A stretch of 64,000 nt of DNA from Bdellovibrionales bacterium (GTDB lineage: Bacteria > Bdellovibrionota > Bdellovibrionia > Bdellovibrionales > CAYMLA01): assembly GCA_965217115.1 (NCBI GenBank), contig OZ244239.1, positions 1,824,001 to 1,888,000 on the forward strand, given 5' to 3'. The notes under the pieces are model-generated. The model did no database searches. It saw only the letters and a list, made by a program, of their open reading frames with translations, and was not told where the DNA came from. Below are positions 44,366-53,763 of this stretch, piece after piece. Within the stretch, counting starts at the first letter, position 1. Each line of letters begins with the position of its first letter. The position numbers and the translations under genes are program-made.

Positions 44366-45313
44366 TCAAACCTCGTTATTGCTTATAAGTTGTATAGCCC
44401 TGTTTTTTAATTCATTAGAGATATTTTTTTTAAGATTAATATATTTTTCTTTCCCTTCAATTTCTCGTGCCACTTGTACTTTCCCCTGTATAGACTTTAA
44501 ACAAGTAGAAGAGAGTTTAGTTAAGTCCTTATTGACAGCCCTTAGGGGGCTAAAAATTTCTTTTTTTAAGCTATGCTTTGTTGAGTGTTTTCCATTGTGA
44601 ATAACATTACCTGTTACAACTTTAGGACTGTTTTCATCAAAGTATCTTGTTTTCTTCTTTTTCACCTTAATCTCATGCTTTTTGAGCACTGTTCGGATTA
44701 AAGAATCAAGTTTTCTATCAATCCGATAACTTTTGGAGAAGGTCATGTCATCGACATAGAGAGTAAACTTCATTCCTTCCTGTTTTGATAAAGATTGTAT
44801 TTCATCGAAAATAGGTTTATGCATCCAAAAAGCCAGTACAGGGCTTACTGGGCTTCCAGTTGGTAGATAGCCATCTTTAAATATCAAGTCACAAAGAAAC
44901 CAAGATGTATCGGCATTAATTTTTAGGTAATGGTGGAAGAACCTGAAGCCGTACTCAGTCTTACAAGTTGGGAAAAAATTATCAATATCCATGTTTATTA
45001 GGTGTTTGGCTTCAAGGTGAAACTGTGCATTTTTTATATAACTTTCCCCTTTACATGATTTCAGGTAATTAGGTGGTTGAATCTGAGAAAGCAAACTTGC
45101 TAGAATATCATGAAGTTTTCTTAACTTTCCTATTGGTACAGTCGTTAGGCGCACTTTGCCTTTTTTGTCCTTGATGGTCCCATTTTTGAAAAGTTTATTT
45201 CTATCTTTCCAAATAGATTCAAGCTCTTTTCTACTCATGCTAAAAATCTTAGCAAGAAGTCCTTTTCCTTTTAAACAGTATAGTCTATGCTTTTCTTTCT
45301 GTACTAGAGTCAT
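44366..45313 (-). CDS. Retron reverse transcriptase (type VI-like)
   Basis: Retron region X NAQFH, 'DIDNFFP', 'LPTGSPVSP', catalytic YVDD and region Y VTG. 315 aa with no maturase or nuclease domain. Confidence 0.92.
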   Translation of the reverse strand: MTLVQKEKHRLYCLKGKGLLAKIFSMSRKELESIWKDRNKLFKNGTIKDKKGKVRLTTVPIGKLRKLHDILASLLSQIQPPNYLKSCKGESYIKNAQFHLEAKHLINMDIDNFFPTCKTEYGFRFFHHYLKINADTSWFLCDLIFKDGYLPTGSPVSPVLAFWMHKPIFDEIQSLSKQEGMKFTLYVDDMTFSKSYRIDRKLDSLIRTVLKKHEIKVKKKKTRYFDENSPKVVTGNVIHNGKHSTKHSLKKEIFSPLRAVNKDLTKLSSTCLKSIQGKVQVAREIEGKEKYINLKKNISNELKNRAIQLISNNEV

Positions 45314-45599
45314 TAGAGACCTTTTCTACGAATTGGAGAAATTTAAGTATAGATTTACGGAAGAACTCAGGAGTTTTAAATTTTGGATCAGCACTATCAA
45401 GTTGTTCATTAAAAAACATGATAGATGACACCTCGAGGTTAAATATGTTTGCATATTTTTCAATAAGCTTAAGATTTGGCCTTCTTTTATTCGTTTCCAC
45501 TTCAGACAGAAAACCTGGTGAGATTTTTAGTTCTCTGGCCAAGTGGGTTAATTTCTTATCATGATAAACACGAATCAGTCGTAAAGCTTCTCCAATCAT
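45285..45599 (-). CDS. XRE/Cro-type HTH protein of the retron
   Basis: 'GEALRLIR...LARELKISPGFLSEVETNKRRP' HTH. AGGAGAGG SD. Overlaps the RT start by 29 nt. Confidence 0.9.
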   Translation of the reverse strand: MIGEALRLIRVYHDKKLTHLARELKISPGFLSEVETNKRRPNLKLIEKYANIFNLEVSSIMFFNEQLDSADPKFKTPEFFRKSILKFLQFVEKVSNDSSTERKA

Positions 45600-45627
45600 T
45601 TTCCTCTCCTAAAAAAATTAGACTTGG

Positions 45628-45774
45628 TTAGTCACCTCGACTCCCCCAGAAAAGGTCTATAACGAAAAAAACAACTCTAAGGATTAACTTTCGATACTTC
45701 CTTAAAAATTGTCGTCCTTTCTGGTAGGCACTCGGGGTAACACAAAACTGCGGTATTCTTCTTCTTATCTTCAT
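45628..45774 (-). CDS. Unannotated 48-aa small protein, candidate retron toxin: MKIRRRIPQFCVTPSAYQKGRQFLRKYRKLILRVVFFVIDLFWGSRGD
   Basis: Hand-translated: ATG at 45774, TAA at 45628-45630, SD GAGAGG just upstream, ends 28 nt before the HTH start. Below the ORF-track length cut-off. Confidence 0.75.
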   Translation of the reverse strand: MKIRRRIPQFCVTPSAYQKGRQFLRKYRKLILRVVFFVIDLFWGSRGD

Positions 45775-45783
45775 AAAAAGACC

Positions 45784-45832
45784 TCTCTTTGTTATGAAGA
45801 GCTTTATTGCTCTCCTCCCTTGAACAAAGAGA
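45784..45832 (-). promoter_or_regulatory. Hairpin sequestering the small-protein ribosome-binding site
   Basis: Perfect 10-bp arms TCTCTTTGTT/AACAAAGAGA plus an inner GAGAGC/GCTCTT stem. The 3' arm overlaps the SD. Confidence 0.65.
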
Positions 45833-45867
45833 TCGTTCGCAAATTTGCATCACCAAGTCTACTTTAA

Positions 45868-46030
45868 GCACGAGAATTCCCTTTCTCGTGCGGCCTTGGG
45901 GAGTATAATGTCTAAGTAGCTTAGTTAATAAATTACTTAGTCACAATAGGTTTGGCCCCAAGAAGCCTAGTGTTTCCACTAGTCACAGGTACACTTTTTG
46001 TGTACCCCCTTTAATAAGGGAATCCCTATT
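45868..46030 (-). ncRNA. Retron ncRNA (msr-msd) candidate
   Basis: Two short msr-like hairpins (45988-46006; 45967-45982 with a GAAA loop), a long msd-like stem (45895-45962) and a1/a2-like pairing of 46016-46026 with 45873-45883. TATAAT lies at 46040-46045 on the minus strand. Confidence 0.75.
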
Positions 46031-46371
46031 GAATACATCATTATAATTGCAGGTTTTTATCTAAGCTTCAAGAATAAAATTCACCTATAGAAGAATAATG
46101 CGTTAAGTTATGGGAGAATGGTAATATTGCCTTCTTAATATTCTAAAAGAAGAAATATAATTGGAGTTTTTTTTGGGCGAGGCTTGTTCGGGATAACCCA
46201 AATGATAGTCTCATTTAGAAAATAGATTTTTTTCTTTATAGATTTAATCAAACTTCAAGGAGTCGTTTTAAGTTGGCATTTAGGGCTTAGGCTAATCTTT
46301 CAGCAACAGCCCTGGTGATTTTTCTTGCGCTACTTTCGTATTTAGAGCCTCTCTACCTGTTCTTACTTTTT

Positions 46372-49080
46372 TTAAAATTTGGTAACAAATGACTTAAAAT
46401 GATCAATATTCCGAGAGTCTGTGATTTCATCATGAGGAATTAGAAGGTATGCCCAAGGCTTCTTACCATGCTTTTTAGCAAAATCACTTGCTGCACTACA
46501 ATATTCTTGAGCTGCCCTTGCTTTTTCTATTACGTCAGGGCTTTTAAGTTCATTCTTTGCTTTAATTTCCACGAGATAATGATGGGCTTCCGTTTCAACA
46601 ACAAAATCAGGTTCATACAGCCTTGAGTGGTGATCCCAATAAATATTAAATTGCTTAATTGAGGGTCTAAGCCATTTTAAAACTTTCTCATCTTCATCAA
46701 GAAGTGAAGCAAATGCTTTCTCTGGTAAAGAATCAAATTTATAAATAGTATGGCATGATTTCTTATAAAAATCGAAAACCCTTTTTGTTAGTTCCGCTTT
46801 TGTCGCAACATGATCTCTAGAGTCATAAATTTTATCCTCTTTGAACTTGCTATAGTTATGGTTTTCAATTCTTGTAAATGGCTTAATCTGCGCGTCCTCA
46901 AACTTACCAGTCTTACAATAAAATTTTTCCATCATCTGAGCATAGATAAATTCAGCTATCTTAACTCTATAATACTGAATGACATTATCTATTTCAGAGT
47001 CTTTTGAAAGATAAGATTTAAAATGTGCCAAGGCTTCGTCACTAAGTTGGTAAAGTAAATCTCCATGCTCATCATAATCAATTTCATCATAATTCAATAA
47101 CTCTGACACGATTGTCTTAAGCCAACTTTGCTCACCAGAGGAGCTATCGTTTGTCATAGAGTGGGTAAGTGTCTTTTTTTGATCTTGTAGATAACGCACA
47201 AAAATCTCTTCTTCAATAGGCGGAAACTTTGCCATTGTACTGGTATCGAGGTTGAATTTTTTAAAGCCAAATTCAGTGTCATTTTTTAGTTGAATAGTGA
47301 TTCTTGGTATCTCTATTGTATTTTCAATAATTGATTCAATTATTTTTTTATATTTCTCCTCAAAGACTTCATCTACCTGAACATCTTCGAGGTTAATAGA
47401 TAAAACTCCCTGAGATATTTTCTTTTTTATAGCTTTTTTTAATTTATCTTTAACTTCTGCTTTTGATAAATCTTCAATATTGGTTACATTATCGCTATTG
47501 AAGCAGCTTTCAAATAATTCCTTCTCCACTAAAAGCTTATCTGTTTCAACTTTCTTTTCTAATTCATCGTCGATAGTCTCAATTTCAACGGCTCTTTGAA
47601 TAAATTTCTCCTCTACTGGAGTAACAGCTGGAACAACCTCTTGATTCTTCTTGAAAATGTCATCATCAGAATCAATAAAGTATTGTTTCATTACTATAGA
47701 GTTAGGGTCATTAGCTTTTTTAATCAAGTCTTCAAAACTTTCATGGGCCATAACAGTTAAGGTATCAACCTCTGGAACTCCTGTAATTTCACCATATGGA
47801 AGCCGCAATCCCCTCCCCAGTGTTTGCTCTGTGAGAATATTGGCCGCGAATGAACGAAGAGGAACAATTGTGTAAAGGTTAGTCACGTCCCAGCCTTCTT
47901 TTAGCATATTACAATGAATTACTATTTCAAATTCATTCTTAGGGTCTTCTAGCTCTAAAAGCTTTTGAATATTTTCTTCTTTTTCAGTTCCCCTTTGATT
48001 AGAGTGAATCTCAAAGACCTTAGCCGCATATTGTCCATTACAAAAAGATTCAGATTGAATCAGTGAACGAAGTTCCTCAGCATGCTTAGTATCTTGAGCC
48101 ACAACTAAAACAAAAGGGCGAACTAATGGTTTTTTATGATTTCGAGCGTATATTTCAAGATTTGTTTTTGTTATCTCATGCACATGCATAGCATCTGATA
48201 ACTTCATTTTATCAAGCCCCTCGGGTGACAAATCTTTAAGCTGTTTTTTTGTGAGATTTTTCCTCGTTGCCGCTGCGGGCTCTTTAACAAAGCCATCTTT
48301 AATTGCATGGGCCAGTGTGTACTCATATACAATGTTTTTAAAGGGGACACCTTTGGTTGATGTAGGAGTTGCTGTTAGTTCTAAGCCCAAGATCGGTTTC
48401 AACTCATTTAGAACTTCCATGGCCCTAGATGCTCTATAGTGATGAGACTCATCCATTAACAAAACAAGGTCTTCAGTATTTTGTAAAAATTGAAAATAAG
48501 ACTCTCCAAAGTATTCAGAAATTCTTCTAATCTTTGGAGATTTCCCTCCTCTTGCTTCAGAATTTATTTTTGAGATATTAAAAATATTTATGATGACCTC
48601 ATCTGAAAAAAGGGGGGTTTGACCAAAGCGATCTAGAGAAGTTTTTTTTACCGTATTAGTTCTTAAATAATTATCACCAGTGATAACTTTTGGTTCAATC
48701 TGTATCCCCTTAAAAACATATTTAGGATGGGTGTTTCTACTAAAATCAATAATCAATTTATTATAAATGGTTAAGTTAGGAGCCAAAACTAAAAAATTTC
48801 TCAAGCCTTTTTCTTTATAAAGATAGCTGATAAAAGCTCCCATAAGCCTAGTCTTTCCTACTCCTGTTGCTAGAGCAAAAGCTACTGAAGGAAAGCCACG
48901 TTCAAAATTAATTAGCTTGTCAAACTCTCCACACCTTTTAAATGTTAATAAAGCGTCATCTAATTTTATATTTTTATTTAATTCAATACTTGAAATGAGT
49001 TTTGATAATATTTCAAGACTCTCCCTTTGTGGCTTTCTCAAGCTTAATCTTTGGTTTACATAATTGATATTTGAACTCAT
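46372..49080 (-). CDS. res: Type III restriction endonuclease subunit (Res)
   Basis: Walker A ATGVGKT, DESHH, 'LTATP', 'EGWDV', 'QTLGRGLR' and C-terminal PD-(D/E)xK 'EPDFVV...VEIK'. Confidence 0.9.
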   Translation of the reverse strand: MSSNINYVNQRLSLRKPQRESLEILSKLISSIELNKNIKLDDALLTFKRCGEFDKLINFERGFPSVAFALATGVGKTRLMGAFISYLYKEKGLRNFLVLAPNLTIYNKLIIDFSRNTHPKYVFKGIQIEPKVITGDNYLRTNTVKKTSLDRFGQTPLFSDEVIINIFNISKINSEARGGKSPKIRRISEYFGESYFQFLQNTEDLVLLMDESHHYRASRAMEVLNELKPILGLELTATPTSTKGVPFKNIVYEYTLAHAIKDGFVKEPAAATRKNLTKKQLKDLSPEGLDKMKLSDAMHVHEITKTNLEIYARNHKKPLVRPFVLVVAQDTKHAEELRSLIQSESFCNGQYAAKVFEIHSNQRGTEKEENIQKLLELEDPKNEFEIVIHCNMLKEGWDVTNLYTIVPLRSFAANILTEQTLGRGLRLPYGEITGVPEVDTLTVMAHESFEDLIKKANDPNSIVMKQYFIDSDDDIFKKNQEVVPAVTPVEEKFIQRAVEIETIDDELEKKVETDKLLVEKELFESCFNSDNVTNIEDLSKAEVKDKLKKAIKKKISQGVLSINLEDVQVDEVFEEKYKKIIESIIENTIEIPRITIQLKNDTEFGFKKFNLDTSTMAKFPPIEEEIFVRYLQDQKKTLTHSMTNDSSSGEQSWLKTIVSELLNYDEIDYDEHGDLLYQLSDEALAHFKSYLSKDSEIDNVIQYYRVKIAEFIYAQMMEKFYCKTGKFEDAQIKPFTRIENHNYSKFKEDKIYDSRDHVATKAELTKRVFDFYKKSCHTIYKFDSLPEKAFASLLDEDEKVLKWLRPSIKQFNIYWDHHSRLYEPDFVVETEAHHYLVEIKAKNELKSPDVIEKARAAQEYCSAASDFAKKHGKKPWAYLLIPHDEITDSRNIDHFKSFVTKF

Positions 49081-49107
49081 AATTTACCCTTAAACTTCCG
49101 TCCCCAT

Positions 49108-50766
49108 TTATAAGTCTTCTTGAATTGGCTCTATGATATTGAGGCTATAATCATCTTTTCCAAACTCACAACGACCAAGTAACATTTGTGGAATTTTCTT
49201 AAGAGTTATATTTGGATATTTGTCTTTTTTAACTCTAAAAGCCTTTGCACATATTAAAAGAAATTCATTTTCTGACATTTGGCTATAAATTCTATCTAAA
49301 TGTTCAGAGGTTAAAAATTGAGTAGTAACAAAGATAAAATCTTTTTCAGATGAAAATCCTTGTTTCCAGTAAACAGTTTCATTTGGATAAAACTTAAATT
49401 TTTCATGCTTACATACTGCCTCTGACAACTGTATTGCATTATATTCTTTATTAATAACCCAATTTCCTCGATCATCTTTTTGCAATAAGCTTGGAGCAAG
49501 ATCATAAAATGTAAAACCACTCCCCCCATTCCAGTTCATAATTTTGGTAATTCCACTCGCATCCTTTCCTTTTACAACATTAGACAATCTTTTATGACAA
49601 TGTGAAAATGAATGATCTCTTAATTCTATACCAATCCACTTTCGATTCATCTTGTGAGCAACACTAGCAGTAGTTCCTGATCCTAAAAATGAATCAAGAA
49701 CCCAATCCCCTTCTTCCGTGCTCATATCCAGGCAACGCTTAATTAATAATTCAGGTTTTTTTCCATTAGGAAAGCTAACATCACCTTCTTTGTGTAAATT
49801 GTTTGATAATAAATCATCCCAAATTGTTGATAAAGCTTGTCCTGTTACGTACCTATTATTTATGAACTTAATTTTGCTGCTATAGAAAAGAAGTTGCTCG
49901 CCATTTAAAAAATAGTGATCAGGCTTTCCATCTCGTTCACATCTATAAACCTTATCAGCATTTTTTCTTGATAAGTCTAAAAATTCCCGAGCATCTGAAC
50001 TTACATCCTTATCTTTAATTCTAGCGGTACGAACAACGCGCTGAGGCTCCTTCAACACAAAGTCATTAAACTTATTCTCAAGTTCATCTTCATATTTTTT
50101 CTTAAGCTCTTTCTGTTTGCAGTGTAAATTTTTTGCCAATGCGGATCTTAAAGTGACTAGATTCCAATTTTCAAAGGACTCATCATAATTTTCAATATAC
50201 TTGGAGTAGCGACTGTCCCTATCAGTTTCAGTAAATGTTTTGAATGACTTCCATTTACTTTTATCTTTTGCGTAGACAAGGATATAATTCGCTGTAGATA
50301 CTAGTCCCGGGTTTACTGCTTTTGGCCCAGAAACCGAACTTTGTTTAAAAGTTACCATCGAAACTCTATTTGAACGGCCAAATATTTCATCAGTTAGTAC
50401 ACATAAATATGCAAATTCATTATCATCTATGTGAATAAAGAGAGTCCCTGATTCATGCATTAGGGAATGAATAATCTCCAGACGGGACTTCATCATTGAG
50501 AGCCAAATTGAGTGCTCAACTCCATCATCGTAATGCTCAAAAGCTTGTTGTGTATTAAAAGGAGGGTCTATATACACACATTGAATTTTTTCTTTAAAAC
50601 CGCTCTCTAAAGCTTTCAATGCGAGTAGGTTATCTCCATGAATTAACATATTTTCACTTTTTGTGCCCTCTGATTTCTCATCAATTGGCATAAGTATTCT
50701 TGGCTCCAGAATGGAAGTATCATCTTTCCCAACCCAATCTAACTCTAATCTTTGCTTATAGCTCAT
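49108..50766 (-). CDS. mod: Type III DNA adenine methyltransferase (Mod)
   Basis: 'IHGDNLLAL', catalytic DPPF, 'KKPE' and SAM motif 'DSFLGSGTT' in beta-class order. Confidence 0.9.
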   Translation of the reverse strand: MSYKQRLELDWVGKDDTSILEPRILMPIDEKSEGTKSENMLIHGDNLLALKALESGFKEKIQCVYIDPPFNTQQAFEHYDDGVEHSIWLSMMKSRLEIIHSLMHESGTLFIHIDDNEFAYLCVLTDEIFGRSNRVSMVTFKQSSVSGPKAVNPGLVSTANYILVYAKDKSKWKSFKTFTETDRDSRYSKYIENYDESFENWNLVTLRSALAKNLHCKQKELKKKYEDELENKFNDFVLKEPQRVVRTARIKDKDVSSDAREFLDLSRKNADKVYRCERDGKPDHYFLNGEQLLFYSSKIKFINNRYVTGQALSTIWDDLLSNNLHKEGDVSFPNGKKPELLIKRCLDMSTEEGDWVLDSFLGSGTTASVAHKMNRKWIGIELRDHSFSHCHKRLSNVVKGKDASGITKIMNWNGGSGFTFYDLAPSLLQKDDRGNWVINKEYNAIQLSEAVCKHEKFKFYPNETVYWKQGFSSEKDFIFVTTQFLTSEHLDRIYSQMSENEFLLICAKAFRVKKDKYPNITLKKIPQMLLGRCEFGKDDYSLNIIEPIQEDL

Positions 50767-50775
50767 AATATCCCC

Positions 50776-53763
50776 TTAAATGATTTTCCACTTTATTTTT
50801 ATTATATTCTTTTCTTTATGTTCTAATTTCATTCGTTTTTCAATATCTTCAATTAAATGTTCTTTTTCTTTTTCAATACGATCTTGTTCTTCAAAAAGCT
50901 TTCTTCTCATGTTATTTCTCTTCTTCTCAAGATTTTTTGCTACTCTCTGCGCCTTAACTTTTTTATCTAAAAGGCTGATATTTTTTGAATCTTTCTTTAT
51001 TTTCTTAATCTCCTTATCAAGTTCTTTAATCTCGATCTCAAGACCCTCTTTAATGTCTTCGCTCCATTTATCTAATTTTTCAGACTCCTCGATAAAGAAT
51101 GAATGATTGCGTTTTTCAATTTCCTTTAAATACAAAGACGTTGTCTGATCTTTAATTTTAAAAAGACTTTGTTCTACCTGTTTAGAAGTTTCGTCATTAC
51201 AAGATGAGACAGAAGCATTAATGTTGAACATTTTTCGAATTACTTCTGCTGGCACGTCATCTCCATCTTTAGTTATACCAACGTATACCATCTCTTCACT
51301 ATGATCTAATGAATTAACATTAAGCAAGCAGATTTCTAGCCAGCCAGATTGACCAATATATTCCTCTAAAGCTGTTATTTTATTTTCATAAGAAGATAAA
51401 TCAAACGTCAGGCTAGCTAATTCGAGCTGGGAAGATTTTGCGTTCTCGATAACTCTCTGGCCAAGCGGATGGTTTAACCTATAGCTATGTGAATCACCCT
51501 CTCTTTCTTGGCCTTTAGAGATCATTTTATATGCCCCAAGCTTGTATTGACCGGGAGAAATCTCTGAAAATGGGGATTTTTTTAACTCAAAAGAATAATT
51601 TGAATCGTCGAAATCAGCATATTCATTTAGCGTGTTCTTTGTCAGGTTCCAAAACATATTAGAGACATTATCCACCCTTTTTTCTGCTTCATCTAACTGC
51701 ATTTTTAATTTTGAATGAACATCTTCATCAAATTTCTTTAAAACAATATTCTTTGTTTTGCTTAATTTTTCTGAAATTTGTTTAGAAGAAGATATTTGTA
51801 GGTTCTCAAAGGCCTCACTAATTTCCTCTTCAGTTCGACAGGACATATATATCTTTAAAATTCTCTTTTCAATATCGTGACCGTCTATAATATCACCAAG
51901 TACTTCGTCACTTGCACCAAATGCTCCACGAAATAAATTGAACTTTTCCTGCAAGAGTTCTAAAATTCTCAAGTCAGCAATGTTTTTGGTATTTACAAAA
52001 TTAACCACTATTACGTCTAATTTTTGACCATACCTATGACAACGACCTATTCGTTGTTCAATCCGTTGTGGGTTCCATGGCAAATCATAGTTAATTAAAA
52101 GGTTACAAAATTGTAAATTAAGCCCTTCCGAGCCAGCTTCAGTTGTGAGAAAAATTTTTTTGACCTCTTTAAACTGCTTAACGAGAAACCTTCTTTCTTC
52201 TGCTCCTCCTGAATCACCATTAAATATTACGACTTCATTCTCTACATCTATTCCCATCTCTGACAGCCTTCTCATAATGTAGCCCTGGGTTGATCTAAAT
52301 TCAGTAAAGATAACGGCTTTTTCTGGCCAACCTTCATGTCGTGCCTTTTCAAATTGTTGGGTTAAAGCATTTACCAAGGCATCGGCTTTTTTATTTTGCT
52401 TGATTTCCAAACTCAGAACAATCATTTTCAAAATAATTTCTGATTCTTCCTGAATCTCTTCAGAACTGAACAGCGTTGTTGCTTCTTCAGGATTCTGAGA
52501 GTTTTCTATATCTTGATCTGAATAATTCTCTTTAACCTCACCTTCTTCTTCAGAAACCTCCTCAACAGGAGTGTTACTTTTAAAAGATTTTTTCAAGCCT
52601 TCATAATTTTTTGAAATAAGGTCAGCAAAGAGTTTTTTCTCAAATTTCTCTAGTGCTTCTGATTTTCTCCCATCATCAAGAGTTAAGCTTTGAGTAATAC
52701 TGTCTAATAAACTATTAAATAGGGTCTCATTGTCAATAGAAACGGTTGCCAAAAGAAGCCTTTTATATAAATTTAAAAGGCTGTTTTTTATCGCAAAGGT
52801 TGAGCTTGCAATAAGTTTTAAGTAAACAAGTGTTAACAATGGAAGGGCCGAGGCAGGAATAGAGATAAGAGTTTCTCTTCTTAGGAAGATTTCAAAGCTG
52901 ATCCTCAGTTCTTCTTCATAGTCTGTAGGGTCATAGGTAAAAGTAACGGTCTTTCTGTTGGTATAATTAATATATTCAAGAACATTTTTTCTAAGTTCTC
53001 TTCTAAAGAAATTTTTCATTCGACTTTGTAGCTCTATCATTTGACCCTCACGAACAGAGTCAGACAAATTACAAAAAAGACTTTGAAAGCTTTCTCTTGT
53101 TCCTAAAATGTATTCATCAACAAAGCTTGTGAGTCCATAAAGCTCCATTAGGTGATTTTGCATAGGAGTCGCGGTTAAAAGTAATTTTTTAAATGGCTGA
53201 AGAGTGTCTTTGATACGTTTAGCACGCTTTGCTTCCTTTTTTCCTTTTTTCCATACATTTCTCAATTTATGAGCTTCATCTATAACAATTAAATCCCATG
53301 CTTCCTTTTTAATAATTTCATGATAGCTATCTACAGAATGTTCATTTGTAATAATTATTTTTTCTTCTCTATTTAGTGGGGTTTCTTTTTCTGGATTATT
53401 TATTTTCTTAAAATCTTGCCCTGCCATGATTTCACTGTCTAAAAAGAAGAGATTTGATAATTCATCTTTCCATTGATGGCGAAGTGACTTAGGAGCGATG
53501 ATTAAAAATGATCTCTTCCCCTCAGCCCATAGCTGTGAAAGAACAAGACCTGCCTCAATTGTTTTTCCAAGGCCAACTTCGTCAGCTAAAATACATCCTT
53601 TACTCAAAGGGTTCTTCAAAGCAAATATTGCTGCATTTATTTGATGAGGATTTAGGTCAATACAGGCATCAAACATTGCCTGAGAAAGACGATTAACTGA
53701 ATCTCCAGCTTGAAGCAGTGATAATTCATGTGCGAATAATTTAGCGTGGTAGTTAGTGTTCAA
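50776..53763 (-). CDS. SNF2-family helicase/ATPase associated with the type III R-M operon
   Basis: LADEVGLGKT, DEAH, LLTATPMQN, EGLNLQ, WNPQRIEQRIGR and a coiled-coil C-terminus. TTG start. Confidence 0.9.
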   Translation of the reverse strand: MNTNYHAKLFAHELSLLQAGDSVNRLSQAMFDACIDLNPHQINAAIFALKNPLSKGCILADEVGLGKTIEAGLVLSQLWAEGKRSFLIIAPKSLRHQWKDELSNLFFLDSEIMAGQDFKKINNPEKETPLNREEKIIITNEHSVDSYHEIIKKEAWDLIVIDEAHKLRNVWKKGKKEAKRAKRIKDTLQPFKKLLLTATPMQNHLMELYGLTSFVDEYILGTRESFQSLFCNLSDSVREGQMIELQSRMKNFFRRELRKNVLEYINYTNRKTVTFTYDPTDYEEELRISFEIFLRRETLISIPASALPLLTLVYLKLIASSTFAIKNSLLNLYKRLLLATVSIDNETLFNSLLDSITQSLTLDDGRKSEALEKFEKKLFADLISKNYEGLKKSFKSNTPVEEVSEEEGEVKENYSDQDIENSQNPEEATTLFSSEEIQEESEIILKMIVLSLEIKQNKKADALVNALTQQFEKARHEGWPEKAVIFTEFRSTQGYIMRRLSEMGIDVENEVVIFNGDSGGAEERRFLVKQFKEVKKIFLTTEAGSEGLNLQFCNLLINYDLPWNPQRIEQRIGRCHRYGQKLDVIVVNFVNTKNIADLRILELLQEKFNLFRGAFGASDEVLGDIIDGHDIEKRILKIYMSCRTEEEISEAFENLQISSSKQISEKLSKTKNIVLKKFDEDVHSKLKMQLDEAEKRVDNVSNMFWNLTKNTLNEYADFDDSNYSFELKKSPFSEISPGQYKLGAYKMISKGQEREGDSHSYRLNHPLGQRVIENAKSSQLELASLTFDLSSYENKITALEEYIGQSGWLEICLLNVNSLDHSEEMVYVGITKDGDDVPAEVIRKMFNINASVSSCNDETSKQVEQSLFKIKDQTTSLYLKEIEKRNHSFFIEESEKLDKWSEDIKEGLEIEIKELDKEIKKIKKDSKNISLLDKKVKAQRVAKNLEKKRNNMRRKLFEEQDRIEKEKEHLIEDIEKRMKLEHKEKNIIKIKWKII

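Noticed and set aside
44366..45313. RT as group II intron, DGR or CRISPR-associated RT
   Set aside because: NAxxH and VTG retron motifs are present. There is no maturase domain, TR/VR repeat pair, cas gene or array.
45677..45871. 64-aa minus-strand ORF from the track as the retron small protein
   Set aside because: Its GTG start lies inside an ncRNA hairpin and it runs through structured RNA with no protein-like pattern. The overlapping 48-aa frame has an ATG, a good SD and tight spacing to the HTH gene. Not fully excluded.
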